Shown one piece after another: positions 15,389 through 25,633 of a stretch of 64,000 bases of DNA. This DNA is from Clostridia bacterium (lineage in GTDB: Bacteria > Bacillota > Clostridia > Christensenellales > DTU072), in contig JAFQOO010000002.1 of assembly GCA_017403145.1 (NCBI GenBank), positions 408-64,407 on the forward strand, in the 5' to 3' direction. Under the pieces are notes generated by a model, which did not search any database, was not told the DNA's origin, and saw only the letters and a program-made list of their open reading frames with translations. Both the position numbers and the translations under genes were made by a program. The first letter of the stretch is position 1; each line of letters opens with the position of its first letter.

Positions 15389-16943
15389 TTCCGATATTTT
15401 AAAGTTTGATGAAAAATTGGTTTTTGCAATGCGTGATTTGTACGTTAACGCAGGGTATAAAAAGTATAAAATGAGTAAGTTCGAGGAATATGATTTATAT
15501 TCCAAGAATAAGGACTTTTTGGTAAGCGAAGGCGTTATTACTTTTAACGATACCGATGGTAGGTTGCTTGCACTAAAGCCCGACGTTACTCTATCTATAA
15601 TAAAGAACTCGCGTGATACCAATGGTGTAGAGAAATATTATTACAACGAGAACGTATATCGTATATCGGAAAGCTCGCGCGCATACAAGGAAATTATGCA
15701 AACGGGGTTAGAGTGTATAGGTAAGATTTCCGCAAGCGAAATTTTCGAGGTAACCGTACTTGCTCTACAATCTCTTTCGCTGGTCGCAGAAAGTTTCAAG
15801 TTGAATTTGAGCGACGTTGCGCTAGTTGACGCATTACTACAAGACTATGGTGTGCCTAGTGAAAAAATAGGCAAGGTAAAGAATGCTATCGCCGATAAAA
15901 ACAGCGATATGCTTTTAGAAAATTTGCTTGAAAATCAGTACGAAGCACTTTCCGTATTGCTAAACAATTATGATAGTGTACAAGATAGCTTAAATGCAGT
16001 AAAAAATATTGTAAAATCACAAAATTCACTTAATATTTATAGTGATTTCAAGGCACTTTGTGATAAACTAATTGCTAGTGGATACGAGCGCGTTATAAAC
16101 ATAGATTTTTCCATTACGCCTAGTAACGGATATTATAGCGGAGTTGTGTTCAAAGGATACGTTAGCGGTATAGCACAAAGGGTTCTTTCCGGCGGTAGAT
16201 ACGATAAACTTATCGAGCGTATGGGAAGAAAATCGGGCGCTATCGGGTTTGCGGTATATCTAGATACTTTAGAGTGGTTAGAAAACAAGGCAAGTGCGAG
16301 CGAAGAGGATGAGTATATCAATATCGCACTCCCCAAAGGAAGGCTGGGCGAAAAGGTATACGATATGTTCGAGCGTGCAGGATACGAATGTCCCGCTATC
16401 AAGGAGCCCAATCGTAAACTTATTTTCGAAAACGCCGAAAAGAAAGTACGTTACTTTTGGGTAAAGCCTAGCGACGTTACCATCTACGTTGAACGTGGTG
16501 CGGCAGATATCGGTGTTGCGGGAAAGGATATTCTTTTAGAGTATGCGCCAGACGTATACGAGTTGCTAGATTTGAACGTTGGTAAATGTCGTATGGCGGT
16601 AGCATCTAAGAGTGATTTTAAAGACGATACCTCTAAAACGTTGCGCGTTGCGACCAAGTTTAGCAACATTGCTAAAAACTATTATGCCAACAAATGTCGC
16701 GATATAGATATAATACACCTTAACGGTTCTATCGAAATTGCTCCTATTTTAGGACTAAGCGACGTTATCGTAGATATTGTAGAAACAGGCAAGACCTTGC
16801 TAGAAAACGACCTTATGCCCTTTGAAACTATAGTACCTATTAGCGCAAGGCTTATTGCAAACAAAGCTAGCTTTGGCTTTAAGCAAAGAAAAATCGTTAG
16901 GTTACAAGAAGAATTATCCAAGCAGGTAAAGAAAGATGATTAG
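15381..16943 (+). CDS. hisZG: Fused ATP phosphoribosyltransferase: regulatory subunit HisZ plus short-form catalytic HisG
   Basis: The N-terminal ~305 aa are HisRS-like (LALKPDVTLSI). An acidic linker (ENKASASEEDE) follows. The C-terminal ~205 aa are HisG-like (INIALPKGRLGEKVYDMFERAGY, GVAGKD). Confidence 0.85.
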   Translation: MFSSDILKFDEKLVFAMRDLYVNAGYKKYKMSKFEEYDLYSKNKDFLVSEGVITFNDTDGRLLALKPDVTLSIIKNSRDTNGVEKYYYNENVYRISESSRAYKEIMQTGLECIGKISASEIFEVTVLALQSLSLVAESFKLNLSDVALVDALLQDYGVPSEKIGKVKNAIADKNSDMLLENLLENQYEALSVLLNNYDSVQDSLNAVKNIVKSQNSLNIYSDFKALCDKLIASGYERVINIDFSITPSNGYYSGVVFKGYVSGIAQRVLSGGRYDKLIERMGRKSGAIGFAVYLDTLEWLENKASASEEDEYINIALPKGRLGEKVYDMFERAGYECPAIKEPNRKLIFENAEKKVRYFWVKPSDVTIYVERGAADIGVAGKDILLEYAPDVYELLDLNVGKCRMAVASKSDFKDDTSKTLRVATKFSNIAKNYYANKCRDIDIIHLNGSIEIAPILGLSDVIVDIVETGKTLLENDLMPFETIVPISARLIANKASFGFKQRKIVRLQEELSKQVKKDD

Positions 16944-18216
16944 AATACTAGACTATACAAAGCTTACAAAAGAAGAAATATTCGATAGGGGAGAAAGTAC
17001 CCTCGACGTATCTGGAATAGTATCTGATATTATAGCAAACGTTAGGAAAAATGGCGACCAAGCCCTATTTGAGTATGCTAAAAAGTTCGATAAAGTGGAA
17101 CTAAATTCCGTCGAAGTTAGCGAAGAAGAAATAAACGAAGCATTCCAAAACGTTCCCCAAGAGTTCATAGATATTATTAAGGAGGCGGCAGAAAACGTAC
17201 GCACCTTCCACTCCAAGCAAGTTCGTTCGGGCTTTGAAATAAAGGGCGACGACGGTATCGTTATAGGTCAAAAGGTTACGCCCATAGAGAAGGTGGGTTT
17301 ATACGTTCCCGGTGGTACCGCTGCATATCCTTCAACCGTTTTGATGGACTCTATCCCTGCAAAAATTGCCGGCTGTAAGGAAATTTGTATTACCACTCCC
17401 CCTTCAAAAGATGGTAAAGTAAATCCCGTTATACTAGCAACTGCGAAAATAGCGGGTGTAGACCGCATTTTTAAAGTGGGTGGCGCACAAGCTATAGGAG
17501 CTCTTGCTTATGGTACCGAAACCATTCCACAAGTGGATAAGATAGTTGGACCCGGTAACGCATTCGTAGCAGAGGCAAAAAGACAGGTTTTTGGTAGAGT
17601 TTCCATCGATATGATAGCAGGGCCAAGCGAAATTTTGGTTATTGCGGATGGTAAATCTAATCCTCGTTATATTGCTGCAGACCTTCTTTCCCAAGCCGAG
17701 CACGATAAAATGGCAAGCGCGGTTCTAGTTACCGATTCATTTGAGCTTGCAAAGGCTGTTCAAGAGGAAATTGAACGTCAACTAAAAGAATTACCGCGTG
17801 AAGAAATCGCAAGAACTTCAATAGAGAATAACGGAAAAATCATCGTTGCCGAAAATATAGATGACGTTATAGACATTTCTAACGAAATAGCTCCAGAGCA
17901 CTTGGAACTTTCCGTAGACAATCCTTTCGATTATCTAGACAAGATAAAGAACGCGGGTTCTATCTTTATGGGTAGATATTGCCCCGAAGCTCTTGGCGAT
18001 TATTTTGCAGGTCCCAATCACACTTTACCTACTTCGGGTACCGCAAGATTTTCATCCCCGCTTTCGGTAGATGATTTCGTTAAAAAATCACAATATACCT
18101 ATTACACCGCACCCGCTCTAAAAAAGGTTGCGGACAAAGTATCATATTTTGCAAAGAAGGAAGGACTTGACGCACACGCAAGAAGCGCAACTATAAGGTT
18201 TGAAGAAGATGAGTAA
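16936..18216 (+). CDS. hisD: Histidinol dehydrogenase
   Basis: Contains the IAGPSE, QAEHD and GDYxAGPNHTLPT motifs. Confidence 0.95.
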   Translation: MIRILDYTKLTKEEIFDRGESTLDVSGIVSDIIANVRKNGDQALFEYAKKFDKVELNSVEVSEEEINEAFQNVPQEFIDIIKEAAENVRTFHSKQVRSGFEIKGDDGIVIGQKVTPIEKVGLYVPGGTAAYPSTVLMDSIPAKIAGCKEICITTPPSKDGKVNPVILATAKIAGVDRIFKVGGAQAIGALAYGTETIPQVDKIVGPGNAFVAEAKRQVFGRVSIDMIAGPSEILVIADGKSNPRYIAADLLSQAEHDKMASAVLVTDSFELAKAVQEEIERQLKELPREEIARTSIENNGKIIVAENIDDVIDISNEIAPEHLELSVDNPFDYLDKIKNAGSIFMGRYCPEALGDYFAGPNHTLPTSGTARFSSPLSVDDFVKKSQYTYYTAPALKKVADKVSYFAKKEGLDAHARSATIRFEEDE

Positions 18217-19264
18217 ATTTGTGAGTGAAAGGCTTGCTCGCATCGAAGCATACACGCCCGGCGAACAACCTCAAGACAAAAAATACGTTAAGTTAAATAC
18301 CAACGAAAGCCCTTATCCGCCCTCAAAAGGGGTTATCGATGCTATAAACGCAAATGCGGTAGAACGCTTACGTTTATACTGCGACCCGGAGTGTAAAAAG
18401 TTAAAGGGAGCAATAGCCAATTTATATAACGTTCAAGAAAGCAACGTTTTCCTTTCCAATGGTTCTGACGATATCCTTAACTTTTGCTTTATGGCATACG
18501 GAGAGGGTGGAGTTGCCTATGCCGATATAACCTATGGATTTTATCCCGTATTTTCCGAGTTATATGGTATACCGCCTACCATCATACCGCTTAACGATGA
18601 TTTTAGCCTTAACGTTAAAGCATTTAAAGGTCAAAATAAGCTTGTGGTTATTGCAAACCCCAATGCACCTACGGGAATGGAAATATCTTTAGAGGATATA
18701 GAGGAAATAGTTGTATCCAATCCCAACTCGGTAGTGGTAATAGACGAGGCATACGTTGATTTTGGTGGTACGAGCGCCATACCTTTAACCAAGAAATACG
18801 ATAATCTTATCGTATCCGCGACCTATTCCAAGTCGCGTAGTATGGCAGGTGCAAGACTAGGATATGCCATTGCAAACGAGAGTTTGATTGCCGACCTAAA
18901 CAAAATAAAGTATTCCACAAATCCCTATAACGTTAATACTCTAACCCAAATTGCAGGCTTAAAAGCCATAGAAGATAACGAGTATTATTTGGATAACGCA
19001 AAGAAAATTATCGCTACGCGCGATTATACCGTCAAAGAGCTACAAAAACTTGGATTCAAGGTTCTTCCCTCTAGTGCAAACTTTATCTTTGCTACAAGCC
19101 CTAAAATAAGTGGTTTGAATTTATATCTAAAGCTAAAAGAGGAAGGCGTACTTATTCGCCACTTTGAAAAGCCTCGCATAAAGGACTATAACCGCATAAC
19201 GATAGGTAGCAGAGAAGAAATGGAAATATTTATATCCAAAGTAACAAAAATATTAGGAGAGTAA
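18209..19264 (+). CDS. hisC: Histidinol-phosphate aminotransferase
   Basis: Contains LNTNESPYPP, NPNAPTG and YSKSRSMAGARLGY. The ATG at 18209 overlaps the hisD stop and is preferred over the TTG at 18200. Confidence 0.9.
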   Translation: MSKFVSERLARIEAYTPGEQPQDKKYVKLNTNESPYPPSKGVIDAINANAVERLRLYCDPECKKLKGAIANLYNVQESNVFLSNGSDDILNFCFMAYGEGGVAYADITYGFYPVFSELYGIPPTIIPLNDDFSLNVKAFKGQNKLVVIANPNAPTGMEISLEDIEEIVVSNPNSVVVIDEAYVDFGGTSAIPLTKKYDNLIVSATYSKSRSMAGARLGYAIANESLIADLNKIKYSTNPYNVNTLTQIAGLKAIEDNEYYLDNAKKIIATRDYTVKELQKLGFKVLPSSANFIFATSPKISGLNLYLKLKEEGVLIRHFEKPRIKDYNRITIGSREEMEIFISKVTKILGE

Positions 19265-19265
19265 T

Positions 19266-19853
19266 ATGAGAAAAGCAACTATAACGAGAAAAACAAACGA
19301 AACCGATATCACTATGAGTATAAACCTTGATGGTAAGGGTGTAAGTAACGTAAGTACAGGTTGTGGCTTTTTAGACCATATGTTAACTCTCTTTTCGCGC
19401 CATTCCAGAATAGACCTAGACGTAACTTGTAATGGAGACGTTTACGTTGATTATCATCATACCGTAGAAGACGTTGGTATCGTGCTAGGCGATTGCATCA
19501 AAGAAGCGCTTGGTGATATGAAGGGCATAGTTAGATATGGTAGCTTTATTCTTCCTATGGACGAAACCCTAATTATGACCGCTATCGATTTGAGTGGTAG
19601 GGCATATTTGAACTATGGACTTCGCATCGGTGCACAAAAGGTAGGCGACTTCGATACCGAGCTAACAAAGGAATTTTTCCTTGCCTTTATTCGCCACGCA
19701 GAGTTCACTTTACATCTAAAACAATTTGCAGGCACGAACTCTCACCACATTATCGAGGGTACGTTTAAGAGCTTTGGTAGAGCGCTTAAGCAAGCTATTG
19801 CAATCGACGACGATTACAAGGACGAAATTCCTTCAACCAAAGGAGTGCTCTAA
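19266..19853 (+). CDS. hisB: Imidazoleglycerol-phosphate dehydratase
   Basis: Contains RKTNETDI, the DYHHTVEDVGI motif and HHIIEG. Confidence 0.95.
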   Translation: MRKATITRKTNETDITMSINLDGKGVSNVSTGCGFLDHMLTLFSRHSRIDLDVTCNGDVYVDYHHTVEDVGIVLGDCIKEALGDMKGIVRYGSFILPMDETLIMTAIDLSGRAYLNYGLRIGAQKVGDFDTELTKEFFLAFIRHAEFTLHLKQFAGTNSHHIIEGTFKSFGRALKQAIAIDDDYKDEIPSTKGVL

Positions 19854-20473
19854 TGATAGCGATTATCGATTATGGTGTAGGGAACTTATTTTCCCTTTCA
19901 TCCTCCCTTAAAGCGATAGGAGTGGAAAGTGTTATAACTTCCGAGCCCGATATAATAAAGAAAGCCGATAAACTAATTCTTCCCGGAGTTGGCGCTTTTG
20001 GTGATGCTAGGCAAAAGCTAGCGGAAAGTGGGCTAGATAACTTGATTATCGAAGAAGTAAAGAGTGGCAAGCCTCTTATGGGTATATGTCTTGGTATGCA
20101 AATGCTTTTTGAAAAGAGCTACGAGTATGGTAAGCACGATGGACTTTCTCTTATAAAAGGCAAGGTAGTGCCGATGGAAGGCATTATTAAAAAGGAGTAT
20201 AAGATACCTCATATAGGCTGGAATGCGCTAAAGTTCCATAAGGATAGTGAGATATTGAAGTATATAAAGGAAGATGACTGCGTATATTTTGTGCATTCAT
20301 ATTATGCAATAGAGTGCGAAGATAGTTTGGTTGCGAGCGCCGAGTATGATAAACAAATTACTGCTTGCGTACAAAATGGTAACGTATATGGTTGCCAATT
20401 TCATCCGGAAAAGAGTGGTAAAGTAGGATTAAACATACTAAAGGCTTTTAGTGAAATAGGGGGCAACGTATGA
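19853..20473 (+). CDS. hisH: Imidazole glycerol phosphate synthase, glutaminase subunit
   Basis: Contains IIDYGVGNL, the nucleophile block GICLGMQ, and FHPEKS. Confidence 0.95.
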   Translation: MIAIIDYGVGNLFSLSSSLKAIGVESVITSEPDIIKKADKLILPGVGAFGDARQKLAESGLDNLIIEEVKSGKPLMGICLGMQMLFEKSYEYGKHDGLSLIKGKVVPMEGIIKKEYKIPHIGWNALKFHKDSEILKYIKEDDCVYFVHSYYAIECEDSLVASAEYDKQITACVQNGNVYGCQFHPEKSGKVGLNILKAFSEIGGNV

Positions 20474-21183
20474 AGATATTCCCTGCAATAGATTTACTTG
20501 GCGGAAAAGCTGTAAGGTTATATAAAGGAGATTATAACCAAGTAACCGTATATAGCGACAATCCCGTTGATATTGCTAAAGATTTCGAGAAAAAAGGTGC
20601 TATTTGCATTCATTTGGTTGACCTTGAGGGGGCAAGGGATGGTAATACCCCAAACCTAGAAACCGTCAAACGTATAGTAAACGAAACCAGCTTGTTTTCG
20701 GAAATCGGTGGCGGAATAAGAAATATGCAAACCGTAAGGGCATATTTGGAAAACGGAGTAGATAGGGTAATACTTGGTACCGCTGCAGTCAACGACGAAG
20801 AGTTTTTGAAGAGCGCTCTAAAAGAGTATGGCGAGCGTATAGCAGTTGGAGTGGATATCAAAGACGGAAAGGTCGCTATTAAAGGTTGGCTAGAAAAATC
20901 GGAGTATGATTGTTACGATTTTTGTGCCAAAATGCAAGCGCTTGGTGTAAAAACCTTGATTTGTACCGATATATCCAAAGACGGAGCTATGCAAGGAACC
21001 AATAGAGAGTTGTATAAAGAGATTTCTTCTAGATTTTCTCTTGATATAACCGCATCCGGCGGAGTATCCTCTTTAGACGATATAATAGCATTGCGTAAGC
21101 TGGATTTATACGGAGCAATCATCGGTAAGGCATACTATATCGGTGCAATAGATTTAGAAAAGGCGGTGGAAATAGCAAAATGA
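20470..21183 (+). CDS. hisA: ProFAR isomerase
   Basis: Contains IFPAIDLLGGKAVRL and the GGGIR motif. Confidence 0.95.
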   Translation: MKIFPAIDLLGGKAVRLYKGDYNQVTVYSDNPVDIAKDFEKKGAICIHLVDLEGARDGNTPNLETVKRIVNETSLFSEIGGGIRNMQTVRAYLENGVDRVILGTAAVNDEEFLKSALKEYGERIAVGVDIKDGKVAIKGWLEKSEYDCYDFCAKMQALGVKTLICTDISKDGAMQGTNRELYKEISSRFSLDITASGGVSSLDDIIALRKLDLYGAIIGKAYYIGAIDLEKAVEIAK

Positions 21184-21935
21184 TTACAAAAAGAATAATT
21201 CCTTGCCTTGACGTAAGAAACGGTAGAGTTGTAAAAGGCATCAACTTTGAAAATTTGAGCGACGTTTCAAGCCCCGTAGCACTTGGTAAATATTATAGTG
21301 ATGCAGGTGCCGACGAGCTTGTGTTTTATGATATCACAGCTTCTTCGGACGGTCGTAAGCTTTTTACGGATATATTGCGTGAAGTAGCTCAAAATATATT
21401 TATTCCTTTGACCGTAGGCGGCGGGATAAATACGATAGAAGATTTTGATAGAGTGCTAAAGTGCGGTGCAGATAAAGTATCGGTAAACTCCGGTGCAATC
21501 AAAAATCCCTCTTTAATAAAGGAAGGCGCTCTAAAATACGGAGACCAATGCGTGGTGCTTAGCGCCGATATAAAGCGCGTAGGGGGAGAATTTAGGGTAT
21601 TTGCAAAAGGTGGAAGAGAAGATACCGGTATGGAGGCGATAGGTTGGATAAAGAAATGTGTATCTAACGGAGCCGGCGAAGTAGTGGTAAATTCTATTGA
21701 TACCGATGGAGTAAAGGGTGGCTTTGATATCGAAATGTTAAAAGCGGTTGTAGAAGCAGTAAACGTTCCCGTGATAGCATCGGGCGGAGCAGGCAAAGCG
21801 GAAGATTTTGTAACGCTATTTAAAGAAATCCCCACCATAGATGCCGGGCTTGCCGCATCGATATTCCATTTCGGCGAAGTAAAAATAGGCGATTTGAAAG
21901 ACTTGTTGCGTAGAAACGATATAATAGTAAGATAG
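21180..21935 (+). CDS. hisF: Imidazole glycerol phosphate synthase, cyclase subunit
   Basis: Contains KRIIPCLDV, TVGGGI and ASGGAG. Confidence 0.95.
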   Translation: MITKRIIPCLDVRNGRVVKGINFENLSDVSSPVALGKYYSDAGADELVFYDITASSDGRKLFTDILREVAQNIFIPLTVGGGINTIEDFDRVLKCGADKVSVNSGAIKNPSLIKEGALKYGDQCVVLSADIKRVGGEFRVFAKGGREDTGMEAIGWIKKCVSNGAGEVVVNSIDTDGVKGGFDIEMLKAVVEAVNVPVIASGGAGKAEDFVTLFKEIPTIDAGLAASIFHFGEVKIGDLKDLLRRNDIIVR

Positions 21936-21944
21936 GAGAGTAAT

Positions 21945-22592
21945 ATGATAAACGTAAACGAATTGAAATTTGATGATAAAGGTCTTATTCCTGCAATAGT
22001 AGTAGATGCTTTGAGCCAAAAGGTACTCACTTTAGCATATATGAATAAAGAAAGCTTAACTATTAGTATGGAAAAAGAGCTAACTTGCTTTTTCTCTCGT
22101 TCTAGAAGCGAACTTTGGTTAAAGGGAGAAACTAGTGGAAACTATCAACATATAGTTTCCATTACCGCCGATTGCGACCGTGATGCTCTCGTTGTCAAGG
22201 TTGAAAAAGATGGCCCAGCTTGCCATTTGGGTACCGATAGTTGCTTTAACGATATACTATACGTGAGCGAAGAAAGAAACGAGTTTTCTATGGACGGACT
22301 CTACGAGTTGCTTCTATCCCGCAAACGCGACCTTCCCGAAAAGAGCTATACCACCTATCTTTTCCAAAAGGGAATAGATAAAATTTTAAAGAAGGTAGGC
22401 GAAGAGTCAACCGAAGTAATCATAGAAGCCAAAGCCAACGATAAGAAAGCAACCGTTTACGAAATAGCCGACCTTGCCTATCACCTAATGGTGCTTATGG
22501 TAGAAATGGGAATTTCAACCGATGACGTGCGCAAGGAGCTAGCATCTCGCCACGTGATAGACAAAAAGGTAAAGCAAGAAAAAATGCAGTAA
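21945..22592 (+). CDS. hisI: Bifunctional phosphoribosyl-AMP cyclohydrolase / phosphoribosyl-ATP pyrophosphatase
   Basis: HisI N-terminal half (SRSRSELWLKGETSGN, CD-DAL) plus a HisE-like C-terminal half (YTTYLFQKG, EESTEV). Confidence 0.9.
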   Translation: MINVNELKFDDKGLIPAIVVDALSQKVLTLAYMNKESLTISMEKELTCFFSRSRSELWLKGETSGNYQHIVSITADCDRDALVVKVEKDGPACHLGTDSCFNDILYVSEERNEFSMDGLYELLLSRKRDLPEKSYTTYLFQKGIDKILKKVGEESTEVIIEAKANDKKATVYEIADLAYHLMVLMVEMGISTDDVRKELASRHVIDKKVKQEKMQ

Positions 22593-22622
22593 CAGCTATT
22601 GCGGTTATGCGTATATAAAAGA

Positions 22623-22679
22623 AAAACCCTACTCGGTCATTTACGTTTAGTAAACTCCCATAGTAGGGTTTTATTTTTA
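22623..22679 (+). terminator. his operon terminator (long-loop hairpin)
   Basis: Stem aaaaccctact/agtagggtttt with a 28-nt loop, followed by a T-rich tract. Confidence 0.6.
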
Positions 22680-22753
22680 TCATCAATAATTTGTATATTG
22701 AAAACGTTTTAATCGTATGGTAAAATAAGTATAACAATTTTTTAGGAGTAACT

Positions 22754-23863
22754 ATGTTTCCCGAAATAAAGAAGAATTTTGGCTTTGGTTGTATGAGATT
22801 GCCTACCAATAAGTTCAAAATGATAGATTATAAAGAACTTGATAAAATGGTAGATGCTTTTATCGGCGCCGGATTTAATTATTTTGATACCGCGCACGGA
22901 TATATGTTGATGCGCTCGGAAAGGGCAGTTAAGAAATGCTTGACCTCTCGCTATAAGAGAGAGGAGTACGTGCTTACCAACAAGCTTTCTTGGGGATTTT
23001 TTAAAAAGCAAGAGGACATAAGACCTTTCTTCAATAGGCAATTGCGTGCTTGTGGGGTAGATTATTTCGACTTTTATTTGATGCACGCACAAGACCGTAA
23101 GCTTTTTGAAAAGTTCAAAGCTTGCAAAGCCTATGAAACGGCATTTGAACTAAAAGCGGAAGGTAAAATCAAACACGTTGGACTATCATTCCACGATAAG
23201 GCGGAAATACTTGAACAAATACTCATAGAGTATCCTCAAATAGAGGTTGTTCAAATACAACTAAATTACGTTGATTACGACGACCCTTCGGTAGAGGGAA
23301 AAAAGTGTTATGACGTTTGCAGAAAATATAATAAGCCCGTTATAGTTATGGAGCCTGTAAAAGGTGGTTCTCTTGTTAAACTACCGGAAGAGGCAAAGAA
23401 AGTCTTCGATTCATTGGGTGGCGGTTCCTATGCTAGCTATGCTATTAGATATGCCAGCTCCTTCGAAGGCGTAATTATGGTTCTTTCCGGTATGGGTAAT
23501 ATGGATATGATGAACGATAATATAAGTTATATGAAAGACTTTAAGCCCATTACCCAAGAGGAACAAAATGCAATAAATAGAGTTAAACTTATATACCGCA
23601 AGCAAAATGCAATTCAATGTACGGGATGCCGATATTGCATAGATGGTTGCCCAAAGAAGATTTCCATACCCGATTTATTCGCTTGCCTAAACGATAAAAA
23701 AGCAAACGATACCTTCAATTCTTCGTATTACTATAGTATTCACGTTAAGCACGGAGGTAAGGCAAGCGATTGTATCAAGTGCGGTAAATGCGAAGATATT
23801 TGTCCCCAACATTTACCAATTCGAAAGCTACTCGAAGAAACTGCAAAGGAGTTTGGTAAATAG
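22754..23863 (+). CDS. Aldo/keto reductase fused to a 2x[4Fe-4S] ferredoxin-like C-terminus
   Basis: AKR N-terminus (GCMRLP, FDTAHGY). C-terminal motifs are CTGCRYCIDGCP and CIKCGKCEDICP. Confidence 0.8.
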   Translation: MFPEIKKNFGFGCMRLPTNKFKMIDYKELDKMVDAFIGAGFNYFDTAHGYMLMRSERAVKKCLTSRYKREEYVLTNKLSWGFFKKQEDIRPFFNRQLRACGVDYFDFYLMHAQDRKLFEKFKACKAYETAFELKAEGKIKHVGLSFHDKAEILEQILIEYPQIEVVQIQLNYVDYDDPSVEGKKCYDVCRKYNKPVIVMEPVKGGSLVKLPEEAKKVFDSLGGGSYASYAIRYASSFEGVIMVLSGMGNMDMMNDNISYMKDFKPITQEEQNAINRVKLIYRKQNAIQCTGCRYCIDGCPKKISIPDLFACLNDKKANDTFNSSYYYSIHVKHGGKASDCIKCGKCEDICPQHLPIRKLLEETAKEFGK

Positions 23864-23865
23864 TG

Positions 23866-24570
23866 ATGAATAGACCATACGTTATATTACATATGCTTAT
23901 TTCTATTGATGGTAAGATAACGGGTAAGTATATGGACGAGCCGACGACAATAGCTCTTACAGAGGAATATTACCGCATAAATAGGGAATATAAGGCAGAT
24001 GCGTATTGTTGCGGAAGAGTAACTATGGAAGGTAGCTTTACAGGTGGCGCAAAGCCTGATTTAACTCCTTTTAAAAATATAGTTATAGAACGCAAAGATA
24101 AGATACAAAAGAAATGGGGGTATTATGCAATATCAATCGACCCTCACGGAAGGCTTGGTTGGTATGGCTCGGAAATAAAGGATTACGATATAGGTTACGA
24201 CAACGCGCATATAATCGAGATACTAACCGATAACGTTAGTGATGAGCATATAGCATTTTTGGAGTCAAAAGGCATATCGTATCTATTTTGCGGTAATGAA
24301 AAGGTGGACGTCAACTTGATGCTCAAAAAACTTTACGAAGGGTTTGGTATAAAAACCATTATGCTAGAAGGCGGTGGCTTAACCGACACCTTATTTTTAA
24401 ATGCAGGGGTAATAGACGAACTTAGTTTAGTAGTGGTTCCCACTATTGATGGGGATTGTGAAGGCAAAGATTTGTTTAGCGGTAAAACCTTGAATATTTT
24501 GGAACAATATAAAATCAAAGATGTAAAGCTGTTGCCAAACAATGGATTATGGCTAAATTACGTAAAATAA
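23866..24570 (+). CDS. RibD C-terminal domain / dihydrofolate-reductase-like family protein
   Basis: Contains PYVILHMLISIDGKITG and LEGGG. The ATG at 23866 lies just after the upstream TAG. Confidence 0.65.
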   Translation: MNRPYVILHMLISIDGKITGKYMDEPTTIALTEEYYRINREYKADAYCCGRVTMEGSFTGGAKPDLTPFKNIVIERKDKIQKKWGYYAISIDPHGRLGWYGSEIKDYDIGYDNAHIIEILTDNVSDEHIAFLESKGISYLFCGNEKVDVNLMLKKLYEGFGIKTIMLEGGGLTDTLFLNAGVIDELSLVVVPTIDGDCEGKDLFSGKTLNILEQYKIKDVKLLPNNGLWLNYVK

Positions 24571-24590
24571 AAAGGAGCTAAGCTCCTTTT

Positions 24591-25535
24591 TTATAATTTT
24601 CCGTATAACCAACCTTTAATATAAGCGGCAATAGGGGCAATATCATAAAGGGGTGTTATACCAAGTTCTCTATATTTTAGAGTGCCTTCGTAGGATATTG
24701 CGTTTTTCAATCCTGTTAAATAGAGTTTTATACCATTTTGTTTGCAGTAGTCATAAAATTCCAAAGCCGCATCGGAAGCTGTGTCAATCGTTCCGCTGTG
24801 GAAAGAGTCCAATAGAACGTATTTAACCGTTTTGGGAAAACGTGGATATACCATACCTACGTATGGATATATGCGGTAAATAAAATCACATTGTGGACCA
24901 ATGTTTAGTCTACCTATCGGTTCAAAATCTCCTTCGAAATCAACGAAATTGGAATTTAAAACAAAGTTTTCGTCGTTGTCAAAATAGCCATAGGGCATAT
25001 CGAAGATGGAATCTATTCTATCGGTATAAACGTATCCTGCACGCAATCGGTTTGCCCTATGAATTTTAGGATAGATATCATCGTTGTTTTTATAAACTAC
25101 AAAAGCGCCTTTACCGCCTTTTTGCTCAATAAATCGAATGGCTCCGCGCAAGTTTTCAATCCCATTTGCTTCGGGGTGTTCTATAGGATAGTTGGACGAA
25201 ACAACGCATACTGGAATGGTTTTGTTTCCCAGCGCATAGGTTAGAACGGTGGATGTGTATTGCAAGGTATCGGTTCCGTGGGTGACTATAATACCATCGT
25301 ATCCATTATCAATATTGTCAAAAATGCAATTGACCAAGTCTACGTAGTTTTTACCCGTATTGTTTTCCGAAAGTACCATATACGGGGTACGAGTTTCGTA
25401 TTCAAAGTTTAAACCATACTTTTTACGATAGGTTTCCATTAAAATAGAGGGCTTTCCGCTATCTATCGATATGCAGTTTCCTTTTATTGTACTGCCAATC
25501 GTTCCCCCTGCAAAAATTATAAGAATTTTCATCAT
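24591..25535 (-). CDS. Type I L-asparaginase family protein
   Basis: Contains IFAGGTIGS and HGTDTL. The start is set at the ATG pair preceded by aggaga; the longer ORF-track start lacks an RBS. Confidence 0.8.
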   Translation of the reverse strand: MMKILIIFAGGTIGSTIKGNCISIDSGKPSILMETYRKKYGLNFEYETRTPYMVLSENNTGKNYVDLVNCIFDNIDNGYDGIIVTHGTDTLQYTSTVLTYALGNKTIPVCVVSSNYPIEHPEANGIENLRGAIRFIEQKGGKGAFVVYKNNDDIYPKIHRANRLRAGYVYTDRIDSIFDMPYGYFDNDENFVLNSNFVDFEGDFEPIGRLNIGPQCDFIYRIYPYVGMVYPRFPKTVKYVLLDSFHSGTIDTASDAALEFYDYCKQNGIKLYLTGLKNAISYEGTLKYRELGITPLYDIAPIAAYIKGWLYGKL

Positions 25536-25633
25536 TATTCTCCTATTTAGTGCGCTCAAATTATAACACCGGTGATATTTAAAGTCAATAATGAAAAAAG
25601 TAATAATATTGTCCTATTGCGTATACTAATACT

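Noticed and set aside
21389-22030. 213-aa minus-strand ORF (other long antisense ORFs of the same kind lie at 41813..42343, 9131..9541, 800..1258 and 26730..27068)
   Set aside because: Each lies entirely antisense to a gene with unambiguous family motifs (hisF, ABC exporter and so on). Their products are low-complexity and Ser/Ile/Phe-rich, and they have no RBS. This is typical of shadow ORFs in AT-rich DNA.
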